A DNA stretch of 64,000 bases from Babesia bigemina (Eukaryota), in contig NC_027216.1 in the NCBI RefSeq assembly GCF_000981445.1, positions 2,046,001-2,110,000 on the forward strand, read 5' to 3'. The position numbers and the translations under genes were made by a program. The notes under the pieces were generated by a model. It ran no database searches. It saw only the letters and a list, made by a program, of their open reading frames with translations, and was not told where the DNA came from. Every line of letters begins with the position of its first letter. The first letter of the stretch is position 1. Of the stretch, positions 10,522 to 24,100 are shown piece after piece.

Positions 10522-12708
10522 TGTCACGAATTCACCTATGTGATGCTCACAAACGTGTCATATTGGTCACATGGTCAAAATTAGTATTTTATTAACTGCG
10601 ATGGATGCGTATGAAATCCTAGTACGCAAAGTACGTCTAATCACGAAATCAAACATTACACGGGCGATCCTCAAATGGTGATCTACAAATTCTATAGCCT
10701 TTATACAATGGTATAACCATACAACAACCAGACGTTTCTCTATAACGGGACCATGTGCCTCAAAGGAGGAAGCGCAAGCGCGGCACCAACCGCAAGTTGC
10801 CGGAACCAATAGGCGAGCTAAGACATCCAAATGACAGTTAATTAATAGAAATTTCCAATGTTCGGAACAGTGTCAACACGGAGGGGTGTTTAGGCGCCCC
10901 TGGGTATTAAGCTGTCTGCGAGTGTGTGCCACGCTCAGCAGTCGGAAGAAGTAGACACGGAGCTTGAGATTTACACACCAGAACCGGTAGCTGATAACCA
11001 CTTCTGCTATTTGAATGACATTACGTGGGACTGGTTGATTAGGACAAGGCACTGGTGAGGGCTAACAAACGGGAACCCGGCGGGGCAGCACTCGCATGTA
11101 CCACTGAGAATTCCATTTCTGAACCAATTGCGATGCATTATATACCTTAAAGGCGATGTGCACTTAGAGCAACTCAGAAACAGATGGTCTGTGCAATATA
11201 ATCACACCTTTTCTAAAGCTCAAACGCGGGAGCATCACCGAACCATTTCGTTTATGAGCACATGAAGTCTGCAAGGCTACAGTAACCAGGCAGCAGTAGT
11301 TAACCAGTTCGTTGTACAACAATGAATCTACCCATGAACAATAGACAAAATGTAACGGCGGCTAACGCTGTCACCAATGATTATACCCGAAATGAGCCTG
11401 TCGAACGCTCCAAGCTGATTCCTGTCATCTGCCAGAATGTGTTGCATTGAATATAACACTTTTGAGACGGAAGGATAGCAGCTACAACTGCTTGTACTTC
11501 CCAGTCCATTTAACGAGTATGCCATACACCCAATGTCTCTATCGTGTCTCCCACATTTACTGAATGGAATCACGGAAGTGTTACATGAAGTACAAAAGCT
11601 ATTTACACAATGCTACCCGGGATTTCCCAACTGATTAGCGGATTTATAGCCCGCAGTCAGGGGCCAGCGGAGTAATGCGCGCTTATGATGCTGAAATTGA
11701 CTCATGCTGTTGTTACAGAATATATTAAGCCCTGAAACATATGCTCCCGCCATAAATAGTAGACGCCCAATGCTCATTGTGTTACTGCAAAATATAGACA
11801 TGTGAGCACGAGGTGCGTTTTTGTACAAATGTATGACCCGAGTTGTTAATACTGGTTCACAATAAGCCTGTGTGACGTCCATGCGTTGTTGAACATCTAT
11901 ACGCGTGGCATTAGTTGAATGCATTGGGTCAGATAGAGATTGTATTAAAATCATCGAGGAACTGTGGTTACGGTGATTTCCTCATCTACGCTTATGCGCA
12001 AACATTAAAAAGTCCGTGCTGTCGCAGTCTATATTCTTCCACCTCACCATGCATAGGACGAGATAATTAACAATTCTATAACTTTGTGCCTGCTTCGAAG
12101 CCAAAGTTTGATTTACCAATCAGCTGCTTCGTTTTTCATGAATTCGAGTTCACACTCAAACCATGCTGTCGCATCAATGTAACTGTTTATCAGTGGTGAA
12201 ATGGCACTAAGTGACGCCGATATTGGTTTTCGGTTGTAAGGTTGGCGGGAGTCGAAGAACACGGTGACCGCTTGCAAAACAGTTCTACGGTGATGTGTGA
12301 GGGCGTCTTTAACTTATAGATGTGTAAAGTTATGGCAAAGATGAATATGCAAATCAAAAAGTGGAGACACCATATATTATTAACAGCCAGTCATTTAGAA
12401 AACGTCCACACAGTTAAACCAGCCTCATTTTCATTTAGGCCATCCAGAATAATTACCATATAGTTTACTTTCTAACGGTCGTTGTCATTTGGGCAGTTGG
12501 CAGCATCCTTACATTTCAGAGAGCACCAAAAACAGGAATCAGCCATTCCCGCACCGCATTTCCGGTTCACTACATTGACAGACATATTCCTCACATAAAC
12601 AAAATAGCCCTGGGTGGCAATAAAGAGTCTAGTTGGTGCGATATGTAGTTGTGAGATTCATTCCCAAGCTACGTTACGCAGCAGTTAAAGTCCTTATTGA
12701 AATGCATT

Positions 12709-13170
12709 ATGACCGCCGCCAAACTGACCGAGGCGTGCCTCTACTCGGCCACCGTTATCTACAAAATTAGGCATAACAATGACTTCAAAGCGTTTTCAAC
12801 CTTCGACTTTGAATCAGTATATAGTAAGTTTCGTTATTCCACCGACCCCGCCTGTCTCCTCTGCCAGCTGCGTGACTACGTCTACGCCTGCCACCACCAG
12901 TTGGAGTTCCTGAAGGCGCAGTGTAATCGGGATAAGTCCCTCGGTGGTTGGCAGAATTGTAAGTACGGCAGTGACATCAAGACGCCATCTCCCCTCCAGG
13001 CGTTCCTGACTGACGGCTGGGACTGCGACTTCAAGACTCACCCCTTCGACCCGTGCAACCTGTGCCTCAAGAACCGGGTCAGGATAAGATTTAAGAAAAG
13101 AGATTTGCCTGAGAAATTACAACTGGGAAATGTTATTTCCACCATCCTCACTCCCAGCTGCGGCGGTGAG
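12709..13170 (+). pseudogene. Isolated internal fragment of a ves/'ebh-like' variant surface antigen gene
   Basis: DPACLLCQLRDYVYACHHQLEFLKAQC...GWQNCKYG...SPLQAFLTD...HPFDPCNLCLK...SCGGE are motifs I recognise from Babesia bigemina/ovata ves-related proteins; GC-richer than its flanks; no flanking ves sequence. Confidence 0.75.
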
Positions 13171-13469
13171 CAGCATGATGCGATGCGCGTTGCAAATTAG
13201 CAATTGCCGGCGTCCGTGATAATATGTTGCTTTGTGACACATTGCAGTACAGTTGTGATTAGATATAGTAGAGTATACTTGCAGTGCCATGGTCGCCGTC
13301 GGAACTGTGAAGCAGCGATAACTCCCTCGTACGGCCAATGGTTATCTAGAGTGACCCAGACAAGTATATGTGAAGTAATAATGTTGGACATCGGACTGCA
13401 TAATCACATTAAGATCAAGTGTGGCATGGCTACACTAAGGCTATGTGGGCTCTGTGAGCTTACGAGATA

Positions 13470-13694
13470 TCAGTGTAGTGAAGGCTTAATGTCAGCGAAC
13501 TCATCGTATAGTTGATCCAAAACTGTCATTAGGCTTTGGTTGTGGACTTTTGCGCAAATATGGAGGACCAAGAAAACGAGTCCCGAGAAACCAATAAATG
13601 CTGCAAGAGCGATGGCAATGTATGCCATCACACAAAGACCGATGCATTTTTTTCCATCTTGATCACATGTTTTTTTACACCACGAATCAGACAT
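13470..13694 (-). CDS. Small single-pass membrane protein (74 aa), hypothetical
   Basis: MSDSWCKKTCDQDGKKC followed by a long hydrophobic stretch IGLCVMAYIAIALAAFIGFSGLVFLVLHI. Confidence 0.45.
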   Translation of the reverse strand: MSDSWCKKTCDQDGKKCIGLCVMAYIAIALAAFIGFSGLVFLVLHICAKVHNQSLMTVLDQLYDEFADIKPSLH

Positions 13695-14733
13695 TTTCAA
13701 ACACACCGCATTTAACGAAATCTGCACAATTTTGGACTACGTACCAGAAGGTGGGTACAACAGGTTTGATAACACCTACGTTACCACGGTATATACCTGT
13801 AAAAATGCGTTATGGTGAATTGCAGGCGTATATGTAGACAATAGTTTAAATTTGACGTGTGATGCAGCATTTACTTTTGGTGAATGTGGGTAGGCGTAGT
13901 GCCGGAAGCATTTATCCGCGAATGACAAAATGGCACTACTACTTATTGAATGTTTGCGATGTTGTGTTTGAATTTATGATATTCAGAATACGTTAGCCTC
14001 AATCGCTCCCTATGCTGTGAGTCACGCGGGGTTTTTATGCAAACATGTGGGTGATTGAGGCCACAGACGGAAATAATGTGTCGACGCTGCAATTATGAGT
14101 GGAAGTATTGAATGGGTAATGGCTTGAACTTTTAATGTTCGACACCACGGTGTCTAACTCTCTTTCCGCGGCCCGGAAATGAGGTACCACCCCGAACGCC
14201 TGCATTTATGCCGTTAGACAGCATTATTTTCCAACAAAAGCATTTGTTTAATGACATTTAGGCTGTTTAGATGTTTTTATTATTTGTTGCTTTTGTCTAG
14301 GTGAAGTCAAATCTTGTCCTGTTTTATTATGCAAATGATCTGAGATCACACCACCAACTGGCTCCTTACGTTACAATAAGCTAAAATGACTGAGCAAAAA
14401 CATTCGAATATCATTAAAACCACTTATTGTGCGTACATTGGTGCGACTCAGAGATGTCATAACCACTGGAACTCAGCTCTGCAACCAATCACCTTAGTCG
14501 GGAAGTGATGATAGCGAGTGGGACACTCTTCCTTAACACTCACGAAAGTAACGTCATTTTCCACATACACATCTTTGAGCGGCAGTTGTATTTATTGGCT
14601 TCAATCGCTTAATCCGTTATTAGAGTACCTCAAATCTTGCTTACAAAGCATCAGCAGCAACAATGCGTAAAGCATGGTTTGCTCAAGCATGTCGTATCGA
14701 CCATCCAACCTTTACATTTCCAACATGATTACT

Positions 14734-15460
14734 GTCATCGCTTAATCTAACAACCAACTACTATTATTATTGTGTTCTCTTGTTTTATATTGTGCTGTGT
14801 GGCTACATGTGACTTGTGCTACTGTTCAGTTTACCAAGGCTAACGCCTCACGCTGAAACCGGTTGCGGGATCCACGCCGGTCCATTGCCGGACGTCACTG
14901 GTGCCATCCATGCGGGCATCCATCCAGTTTGGGCTTGAGGGTCTTCTACGGAATCGTAGTCTTCTTTCGGCTTCATATCCCTCATCACTATTTTATGTGT
15001 TTCTTGGATCACTACCCTTTGTATGTGGGCTTCCATGCGATCCGATATGCCCAGGTCCCGTCTGTACTTCCTGTGCTCCTTTGTCGCTATTCCCTCCCAC
15101 GTCATAACGTAGGGGATAACCCTGATCTTGGTTTGCTGGTTAAACTGTCGCGCCTTGAGATCCTCGATAAGGTCTTCGTACTTCTGCTTCTTGAACTTAT
15201 CCGTGTCCAGTAGGTAGTCTCGATTGGTGATTCCTATCTCCACGATGGTTACGCTGTTCCTTCGCCGATCTGCCAGTATCATGTCTCGCCTGTTGTATAC
15301 CTTAGTCTTCTGACTCTTGACCGTCTAGTCGTACGCGATCCATCCGTATTTTCCTTGCACTTCACTCTCGATCTTGTGGGCGTCTATCTTCTCCTTGGGT
15401 AGTCCTATTTGCCTCCCAAGCACTGAGTGGACTTTCTTGGTGACTTCTTTGCGCCTTGTA
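14734..15460 (-). mobile_element. 5'-truncated, degenerate RLE-type non-LTR retrotransposon fragment, copy 2
   Basis: Reads TRRKEVTKKVHSVLGRQIG...YD*TVKSQKTKVYNRRDMILADRRRNSVTIVEIGIT..., i.e. degenerate RHN and NRPD motifs with an in-frame TAG at 15325-15327; same 3' UTR as copy 1. Confidence 0.82.
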
Positions 15461-16062
15461 CATTATGTGTGTGAATTGTTTCCGGAGAATTTGCTGCGAG
15501 ATGACACATCATGTAAGCTTCATTAAGATGGTGTTGTGTGAATGCTTATAGATTATGAAACAGCATATTGTAATGCAATGAAACCCTACGTTGTAAACAA
15601 TTCAACCATTATATGTACTCCAAAGTGCTCATCATGAAATGCCTTCTACACATGGCTTTCATTGTATAACTTGTAGCTGCGTAATGAGTAACACGGTGCG
15701 CAACAATCACTAACATTAATGCAAAATTATTTCGTCTTTCAGACCGTAAACTGTTCGCTACAGTAAATACTTGATCATAATGATATATTACATAATACAA
15801 TACTTAAAAATACCATGTTTGTAGAGCAACAAATGTTGCGTTAAGCATGGCTGTATGGGTTACAGTCAGCGCCCACAATAACCCACTACCGTTAAGCTCT
15901 GGGCGCCACGCTTACAGAAAAAAGTATCACCTTGTAGGTATGGTACTGCCAACAACGACACGCAGTTTCGAAAAAGTGTACTAGTTACCATTAACACGTG
16001 CTAGGCATTTTAGGCTCACCAGTTTTTGTTAATACTACAGATTATTTGCAACCCTCATAAAA

Positions 16063-19000
16063 TCATACATTAGTTGTGTTCAACGAGGCGCTTAGGTCTG
16101 AGAAAGGATACTTCTCGCGTGCGGCGCGCTCTACACTGAGCACCAGATCCTGCAATGGCTTTTCATGCGGGCATCCACGGGACTCCACACTGAGCTTCTT
16201 GACCTCCAAGTAGTGTGACTCGAGCTCCCCGAAGGTGCATATCGAATTAATGTATGAATGATCCATTCGTGCCATTATACGGTGCATCGTGTCAGGGCAT
16301 TCATTGACACAACGCAAAATTGCCTCACTATGCCTGTGATCAAACACGCCCATTTTTTGTAAATGAGTGATAACATCCTCGAGGTAGACATACGCGGCAT
16401 CAGTATCCGTCAGAACGCTTCCATCTGTACCTTTGAACGCCTTCTGAAGTCTATCAAAGGTCAAATTGCCCCCCACAGGTAGCATTTGCGATAAGGCCTC
16501 GGCGGCATCCTTATATTGCGATTTCACGATCATGTGGAACACAGCAGGATATATGTGGTGGTGATAGGGGTTCCTGTGGCAAGTACGGAATGCCCTCTTA
16601 GCCAGCTGGATGTCGTGTGGCTTTGGCATGCCTACAATAGACGCGAACCTCTCAATCGCCGAATAAAGCCCGCTGTTGTAAACCCGTTGTGAAGAGACAG
16701 TTTTTATCAAGTCGAGACAATAGTTAACGCTGTTGTCCTCCGTAGTTTGCTGTATTTCCCTTTCGCACTCCGTGCGGTGCTGGAGTCCAGTCCTTTTAAT
16801 CTCAGCAGTGGTCCACAAAATCCCTTCTGCGGCCCTGATAAAGTACACAAGCGTCGCGTATGCGACCCTGATTTTATGGAAGGAATAGTAGGTCCGATAC
16901 TGCAGCCTGTTTAGGCAGAAGCTGTGGAAGTCCAACTGGTGCAGGTAAATCTCGTGTTGTTTTTCCAGCACCATAGCGTATATATCATGCGCGTTTTTCA
17001 ACAACTCCTCTGGGCTATTAGCATTTTTTTCATTCGTTGTTCCACTTGTAGTCTCCTGGATGTAGAGCATCCTATGGTAATTCGCGGCCATCAACTCGTA
17101 TTTCATGTGTTTGACTTCTGGAGGCGTATATTTGTTGGTTTTTGCTTGGGCGTCCCTTTCTTCTTTCGTCATGTCTTCCACCAGGAAATTTCTCCATTTT
17201 GCACGGCTGGCTACGAAATCGTACGTTCTAAGCATCGCCTTAGCGGTTTTTGAGCTCGTTTGACGATCGCTCCTGTCTATGTCCGACGCCATACAGAATG
17301 CCTTCTTGCTTTTTTCCAACGCCCCCATGTGACGATAGACTTTCCCCATCAACATGTGGGCGTCGATTGCCGTAGGCGTCGTCTTCAACGTTTGCTCCAA
17401 GAGCTCCAACGCCTCATCATAGAAGCCTGCATAATCGTATATCTTCGCCGCCACCAACAGCACAACCGCCAGATAATTTTGTGATGCCACGTTGTGTTGC
17501 GCGTTGTTGGTTATCGCGCCTTTTGTCTCTCCTTGCGCTTTATCAATCCCGTCCATCAACATGAGCCCGTCTTCGAGATTTTTACGGTACTTTTCTAATA
17601 GTACTAGCAGGTGGTATACAATCTCAAAGGTGCATCCATGCACAAAGAACTTGAATATGCTTAAACAACCCACCTCAACGAGCGGCTTCAGCATGTCGTG
17701 GAACTGTCGTATATGGTCGTTGGTGATAAATGAGGCCGTCAGCGCCTTGCCCAAATAGTTGTTGATTTTGACTTCATTTAGAGCATCAAGCAGTATCCGG
17801 CTCTCACTCTGTGTTATTGCCCTGCTAAAAATGAACAGCGGATGTCTAGACCAGCTGTTCATCTTCGGGCGCGTGCTGTATATGCAACACCTTGCGATAG
17901 GATATTCTTTCAGGTATTCCTCTAGTATGGATTCAGCCTCGTCTATTGACACGGATTTGGGTTTGGGCAATGCTTTCATGTCCAACGCTTTGGCCACCTT
18001 CACGGTGTAATCTACATAACTGTAGCAACCGAGAAACAGCTGTTCATCCTTGGTGGGGCTTGCGCTGCTCTCAGTTTTTTGCCTCATTGCACTCACCCAA
18101 TGGTCGAAAGTCCTGTTAACCGTGTTTTCGCCGCACCAGTTGCTTGTGGAGTACTCCCCGTCGATATCCATGATTTCCTCGCTCAGCAAGATGGGTGGCA
18201 GTTCTCCACTTTTCACCTTGTCTACAAACGCCTTATTGCACACGTCAGCCGAATCGCTCTTTAACTCATTTTGCACCGGTTTGAGCATATCCATCACATT
18301 CGACTTGTGGCGTGGGAGGGGCATCTGAAAAATCCCCGCCTCTCTGACAGCTCGGTGCGTGATGATGAAGAGGAGGGTGTATCTGGCGTTATCCGGGTTC
18401 AGCTGCACCAACTGCTTGTATGTATTGTGCGCCATATCCCAGAGCCCACCAAGCAGAGCGGATCGTCCGACATATTCCAACCTTGTGATTTTGTCCAGCA
18501 CTAAACCTTCCTTGTCAGTGAGAAGCTTGATGCACTCGTTGTACTTGGCGGTATCCTCGAGCAACATGGCCCAGTATAGTATTGCGGAACTGAGCTCAAA
18601 TGGGGCCGCATCGTAACATCCGCTGAATACCCTATCGGCCTCGGTGAGGACTTTTAAGGCCCCTTCCACATTCCCGCAGAGGTGCTGTGCGAAGGCGAAT
18701 GTCATCCACTCCTTGTAGTGCTTCATTCTTAACTGCAGCCCGCTACTTGCGAATTTTTTGAACGCCTCATAATCATTTATTTCGATGGCGAGCGCGTACA
18801 GGTCCCTCAACAACCGTTCGTTCTGTGGGTCTATTTTGCTCGCCATTGTGAAGCACTTCAGCGTGTCTTTGTACTGCTTCTTGTTCTTGTATATCCTTCC
18901 CAGTACGTACCAGCAGTGGCAACTGTTAAGGTCGTTTTTGATTGCCTCCCTGGCGATCGCTAGGATCTCTTCGTGCTTCGAAGGATCGATTTGCGACATG

Positions 19001-19235
19001 AACAGGGCCTTGAAGGATTTCGCCTCTCCGTGTTTGGGGTACTTGTTGACGAGTTCTTCTGCGATTTTGAGCCCCTTCTTATACAACTTCTGGTTGTACA
19101 GATCCTGCGTGTGTCTATGGCATTCACAACAGCGACTAGACCTACCATCATATTCTTAAAGGCGGCTTTGTCCTTCGCGGACAGCACGTCATGCTGGCCG
19201 TTGGAGGCACTGTTGTCTTGTTTCACGTTAGCCAT
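16063..19235 (-). CDS. NAA15: NatA N-terminal acetyltransferase auxiliary subunit (TPR/NARP1 family); intron 19105-19145
   Basis: N-terminal L..KDKAAFK..DLYNQKLYKKGLK..KYPKHGE; TPTAIDAHM..GKVYRHMG; DRSDR; QLDFHSFCL motifs. Confidence 0.88.
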
Positions 19236-19884
19236 TTCAACAGAGTGCCTTCACTATTCCATACTAACGGTTTTGCGATAGCTTGGTCGTCAAAGCGCCC
19301 GAGATGTGTACCAGGCGCCGAGTTCGGGCGTTATGAGTGCTCAGCGTTCCTTCTCAACACGATTAGAACCCGCAATAATATGACTTTCACAGCGCTGCAT
19401 ACGGTCGGCCTGCGGTGGGTCTGAGAGCTGCGCTATTGCGACGGACACCCGATAGGGCTGGCTTCGTTCGACGTAGCAGATATATCTCACTGTAAATGGT
19501 CAATCGACACAACCGCGCATCACAACATTAAATACGTGTTCATAGAACTGTTTTAGCCGCGATGTGTCGAATTGTGTGTTAAGATCGAACGGATGCGTTC
19601 TGCTGACCTTCCGCCCCTGTATAAGACATCTACCGGTTACATTTCCTGAAGCCAGATTTTCGTGGTTATTCGTCGAAATTCACTTCCGAAACTCCATTTG
19701 GCACTGCGATTTCACTGGAGTCTCGGTTCCGGCGCTAAGCCCAGTTCGTCAGCTCGATAGGATATTCCCGCAGTGTCCTACTTAATACGATATTTGTAGG
19801 TATCACAAAACCACGCGTTGGTCTGCTATACATGGTTTAATGTGTGTTGCGTTTTAGCTGATTTTTATTCGGCACCCATTGGTG

Positions 19885-21133
19885 CTATATATGCGATGTC
19901 GATATCTGCACCAGTTTGGACGGGTCCACTGGCGCCGTCTTCTGATCGAACGAGAGCAGCCGCTTGATCATTTGGATGTATTTTCTTGTGGTCTCGTCGT
20001 TAAGTATATGGGCTACCTCCGAGGTGCAAATCTTTGAGCGGCCAGCGCGTTCGTGGATTCCCACCATGGTGACTCCCATGGGCCATGCGGCGTTACCGAT
20101 GGCGAGTATCATGTACGCATCATGAGCCTCCTTATATTCCCCCTTTTCGCAACACTCAACAACTTTGTATATTTTATGGAGTGTGTCTTCCTCAAGTGTC
20201 TGGGTCTTCAGCAGCCGCACCAGGGGCTGGAGGTCCTTTTTCGTCTGAGCCAGCATCGCATCCCGCCGCTTCGCTTCTGCGATATTCCCCTGCTGCAGGT
20301 CTTCTTCTCTCTTCGCGATGACCTCCTGTTGCCATTGCTTCAACATTTTTGAGATCCACCCTCCGATTCTGCTACTTATGTGGTTTGCTTCCAAAGGCTC
20401 ACCTGCGATGCTTCGTGCCTTCTGGTATGGCGTCACATTCGTCATATATCAAGTCATCGTCTGCGATTTTGTTTGTTAGTCGATTGTAGGTGGCTCACCA
20501 TGCGTGTCTACACTCGACGCCGAGCGCTGTTTCCTGATACGCTTATTGAGGTCACTATACAACTACTCACCGGCCTATTATGGTCTCCACAAACACATTC
20601 TGATTGTGCTTGGTGATATTGTTCTTCAGCCGCACTTCGTATAGCCGTTTGAACCTTGGAAGTTTTGCGCAGGTCACCAACCACCTTACCTCTGCTCTTT
20701 CGTTTCCCCAAACAGCAACGCCGGCTGCATATGGCTCCTAAGATGCTTGATTATTTCGGCATCCGGCACCTCTGCATGAAGTGTATGTCGCTTTTAAGTG
20801 GACAACCTTTTGCCTCTTCCACTGCAGCATGGCCGCTGTTCTTCGCCTCCTTGTTGAGGGTAGCAAAGTAGCAGGCGCTAAGATTCTGCACCTCATAGTT
20901 GTTCCGCGTTATAAACACACCTCTATCTGTTTCTCTATGCATCCTTTTTTACGCTGTAGCCCTTGGTGTAGGTCTTCCTCCGCTCTCTTCTTCTCCGAGA
21001 CGATTTCGTCCGCCTTCCGTATCCACTGCTGGTTCTCCTTTTTGAGAGCTGCGGGTGTGTACACTAATATTGGTCACAACGTACCTTCTACCTTCTGCTT
21101 CTTTTGGTGGATTGCGTCAAACAGCGCCCGCAT
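19885..21133 (-). CDS. PRP18: Pre-mRNA splicing factor Prp18 (multi-exon; 5' exons approximate)
   Basis: AYMILAIGNAAWPMGVTMVGIHERAGRSKI...HILNDETTRKYIQMIKRL is the Prp18 conserved loop; probable start MRALFDAIHQKKQKVE at 21133. Confidence 0.88.
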
Positions 21134-21634
21134 ATTTACCGAGATTCGGCGCAGCTTGCTTCTGTTGCTACATACGGCAGGTTATCTGGAGTGTCGAATT
21201 TAATATGCGAAGACAGATCTACCACTCAGTGTCGACGCCACAGCGCCCATACGGGTAGGGCACTCCCTCCCATCCAATCACTGAATGTGTCGACTGCGCT
21301 GACGATTCGCGTGGCAACCGTGATGTTTCTAAGTCATTGATTGCTTAGTGTTGCTCACGCAGCTGCCCCAGACGGAGTCGGTAAATCCAACACCGCTGTG
21401 GCGCCGCAAAAGCCTAACAGGACATTGCGGTCCTGTTGAGATGTCTACAGCCGTTCCAAATCCGCACAGAGGTTCTCATACATGCATTCATTTGGTTTTG
21501 TTAAATGGGATGGACGGGTCTAGGAGAACGTGCAGGAGCAGTACAAGTCATATCGCCTCTTGTCCACGTGCCCCGAACGCCCCCTCCCCTTGGCTGACAT
21601 TTTTGTCAGCTTACAGTTCGTCGTGGGATCCGAT

Positions 21635-22859
<1,225 letters not shown>

Positions 22860-23045
22860 TTAACCAAGTTCTCGCGTCATGGAGCCCGTGTACATTGCGG
22901 GGCAGTGCGAACGTCGGTATAATGCGTCACGCAGTTGAGGAGCCTTCCGCAGCCGCGGCCGGCGCCTCCGCTTAGGGTGACAAAAGTGTGTAAGCGCGCG
23001 TGTGTTGGCGCCGAGAATAGCTGTTTTATCGCTTTAACACGCTGT

Positions 23046-23655
23046 CTAAGTGAGGGTGTCGTCTTCTATGACTATGCGTTTGACATTCTCGCATGTCTTG
23101 TGTTCGTGTGTGTGTGCCGTTGTGCTCATCGGACCTACGCCCTCCTGCACGGCGTTCGGAGCTTGATATTCTGCATTGCCACCGGCATTATCCGCGCCTG
23201 AATCGGGCTGCTTCTTTCCGGGCTGAGGCTGAACCACGGAGTGTTGCTTCTTCTGTTGTTGATCCGTGTGCATCAGCTTGTTAACCTTCTTTTTGTTCCG
23301 CTTTTCCCGTCTCTTTGCAGTTTTGGCAGATTCCTTTTGCATTCTCGTCAGCCTTATTGTCTGGAAGATGGTGTTTTGCGTTTCTTGCTCCCATTGCTCG
23401 TCTTGGTTTTTAAGCCGCTCGTGCTCGTTGTTGCGGTGCTTGCAGTAGATGCCCAGGAAGTCGCTGCCTGTCGACAAATTTGCGTCTTGCCTATATTTAC
23501 TCACGAGCGCCCGAGCTGCTTCCCCAGACATTGTGCAGTCGTTCGATTTGAACCTCGTCGTTTTCGTCCAGGTTCTGCTGCGAATCCTGCAGGGGGACGG
23601 CCACTCGCCGCCCGTCTGCGAGCGTCACATATTCATTCTGCGCATGTTGTTCCAT
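23046..23655 (-). CDS. PRKRIP1: PRKR-interacting protein 1 / DUF1168 family; intron 23468-23504
   Basis: Spliced product reads NVWGSSSGARSDFLGIYCKHRNNEHERL...KTAKRREKRNKKK, matching the GSSAGAGS.F..Y...R and TAKRR motifs. Confidence 0.75.
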
Positions 23656-24100
23656 TTTATCTCATCTTGTTGCTGTCTAGACCGTTGCTGAAGTTTTCTG
23701 AGGCGAGTCAGTCAGACCGTGGTGTCGCGCACATGGTCTAGACCTCCTGGATTCCGTGCGATAAGCGAGCAATAACATACGCTATCCGCACATTTTGTTA
23801 CGTAAAATTAACATTTTAATGGGCTAACCTACGGCTGCGCGTTGTGGTGCGTGTTAGCCCGGTTTGTCTTACTACTGCCGCCGTGATTCTTCATCGTGGA
23901 CGCCGATCCACGATCCTTCCTTCGGTCTCCGGTGATCTGCTCGAGTAGCACATCTATGTCTGATGTGTTAGTGAAGTCATACCATTCCAGTCGAGACTCC
24001 ACGGGAGCTGCTCAACGTATGCCGTTGCGTAATCGTTACCGCCAGGCACTCTTCAACCCAATGTCAACTGCTACTGGCCGCTGAAGTAGCATGCGTGGTG

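Noticed and set aside
11328..11954. Two minus-strand ORFs of 81 and 113 aa
   Set aside because: No motifs or homology recognisable; insufficient evidence.
14604..14614. ATCGCTTAATC repeating the retroelement 3' end 133 bp away
   Set aside because: Not positioned as a target-site duplication; a single 11-mer may be chance.
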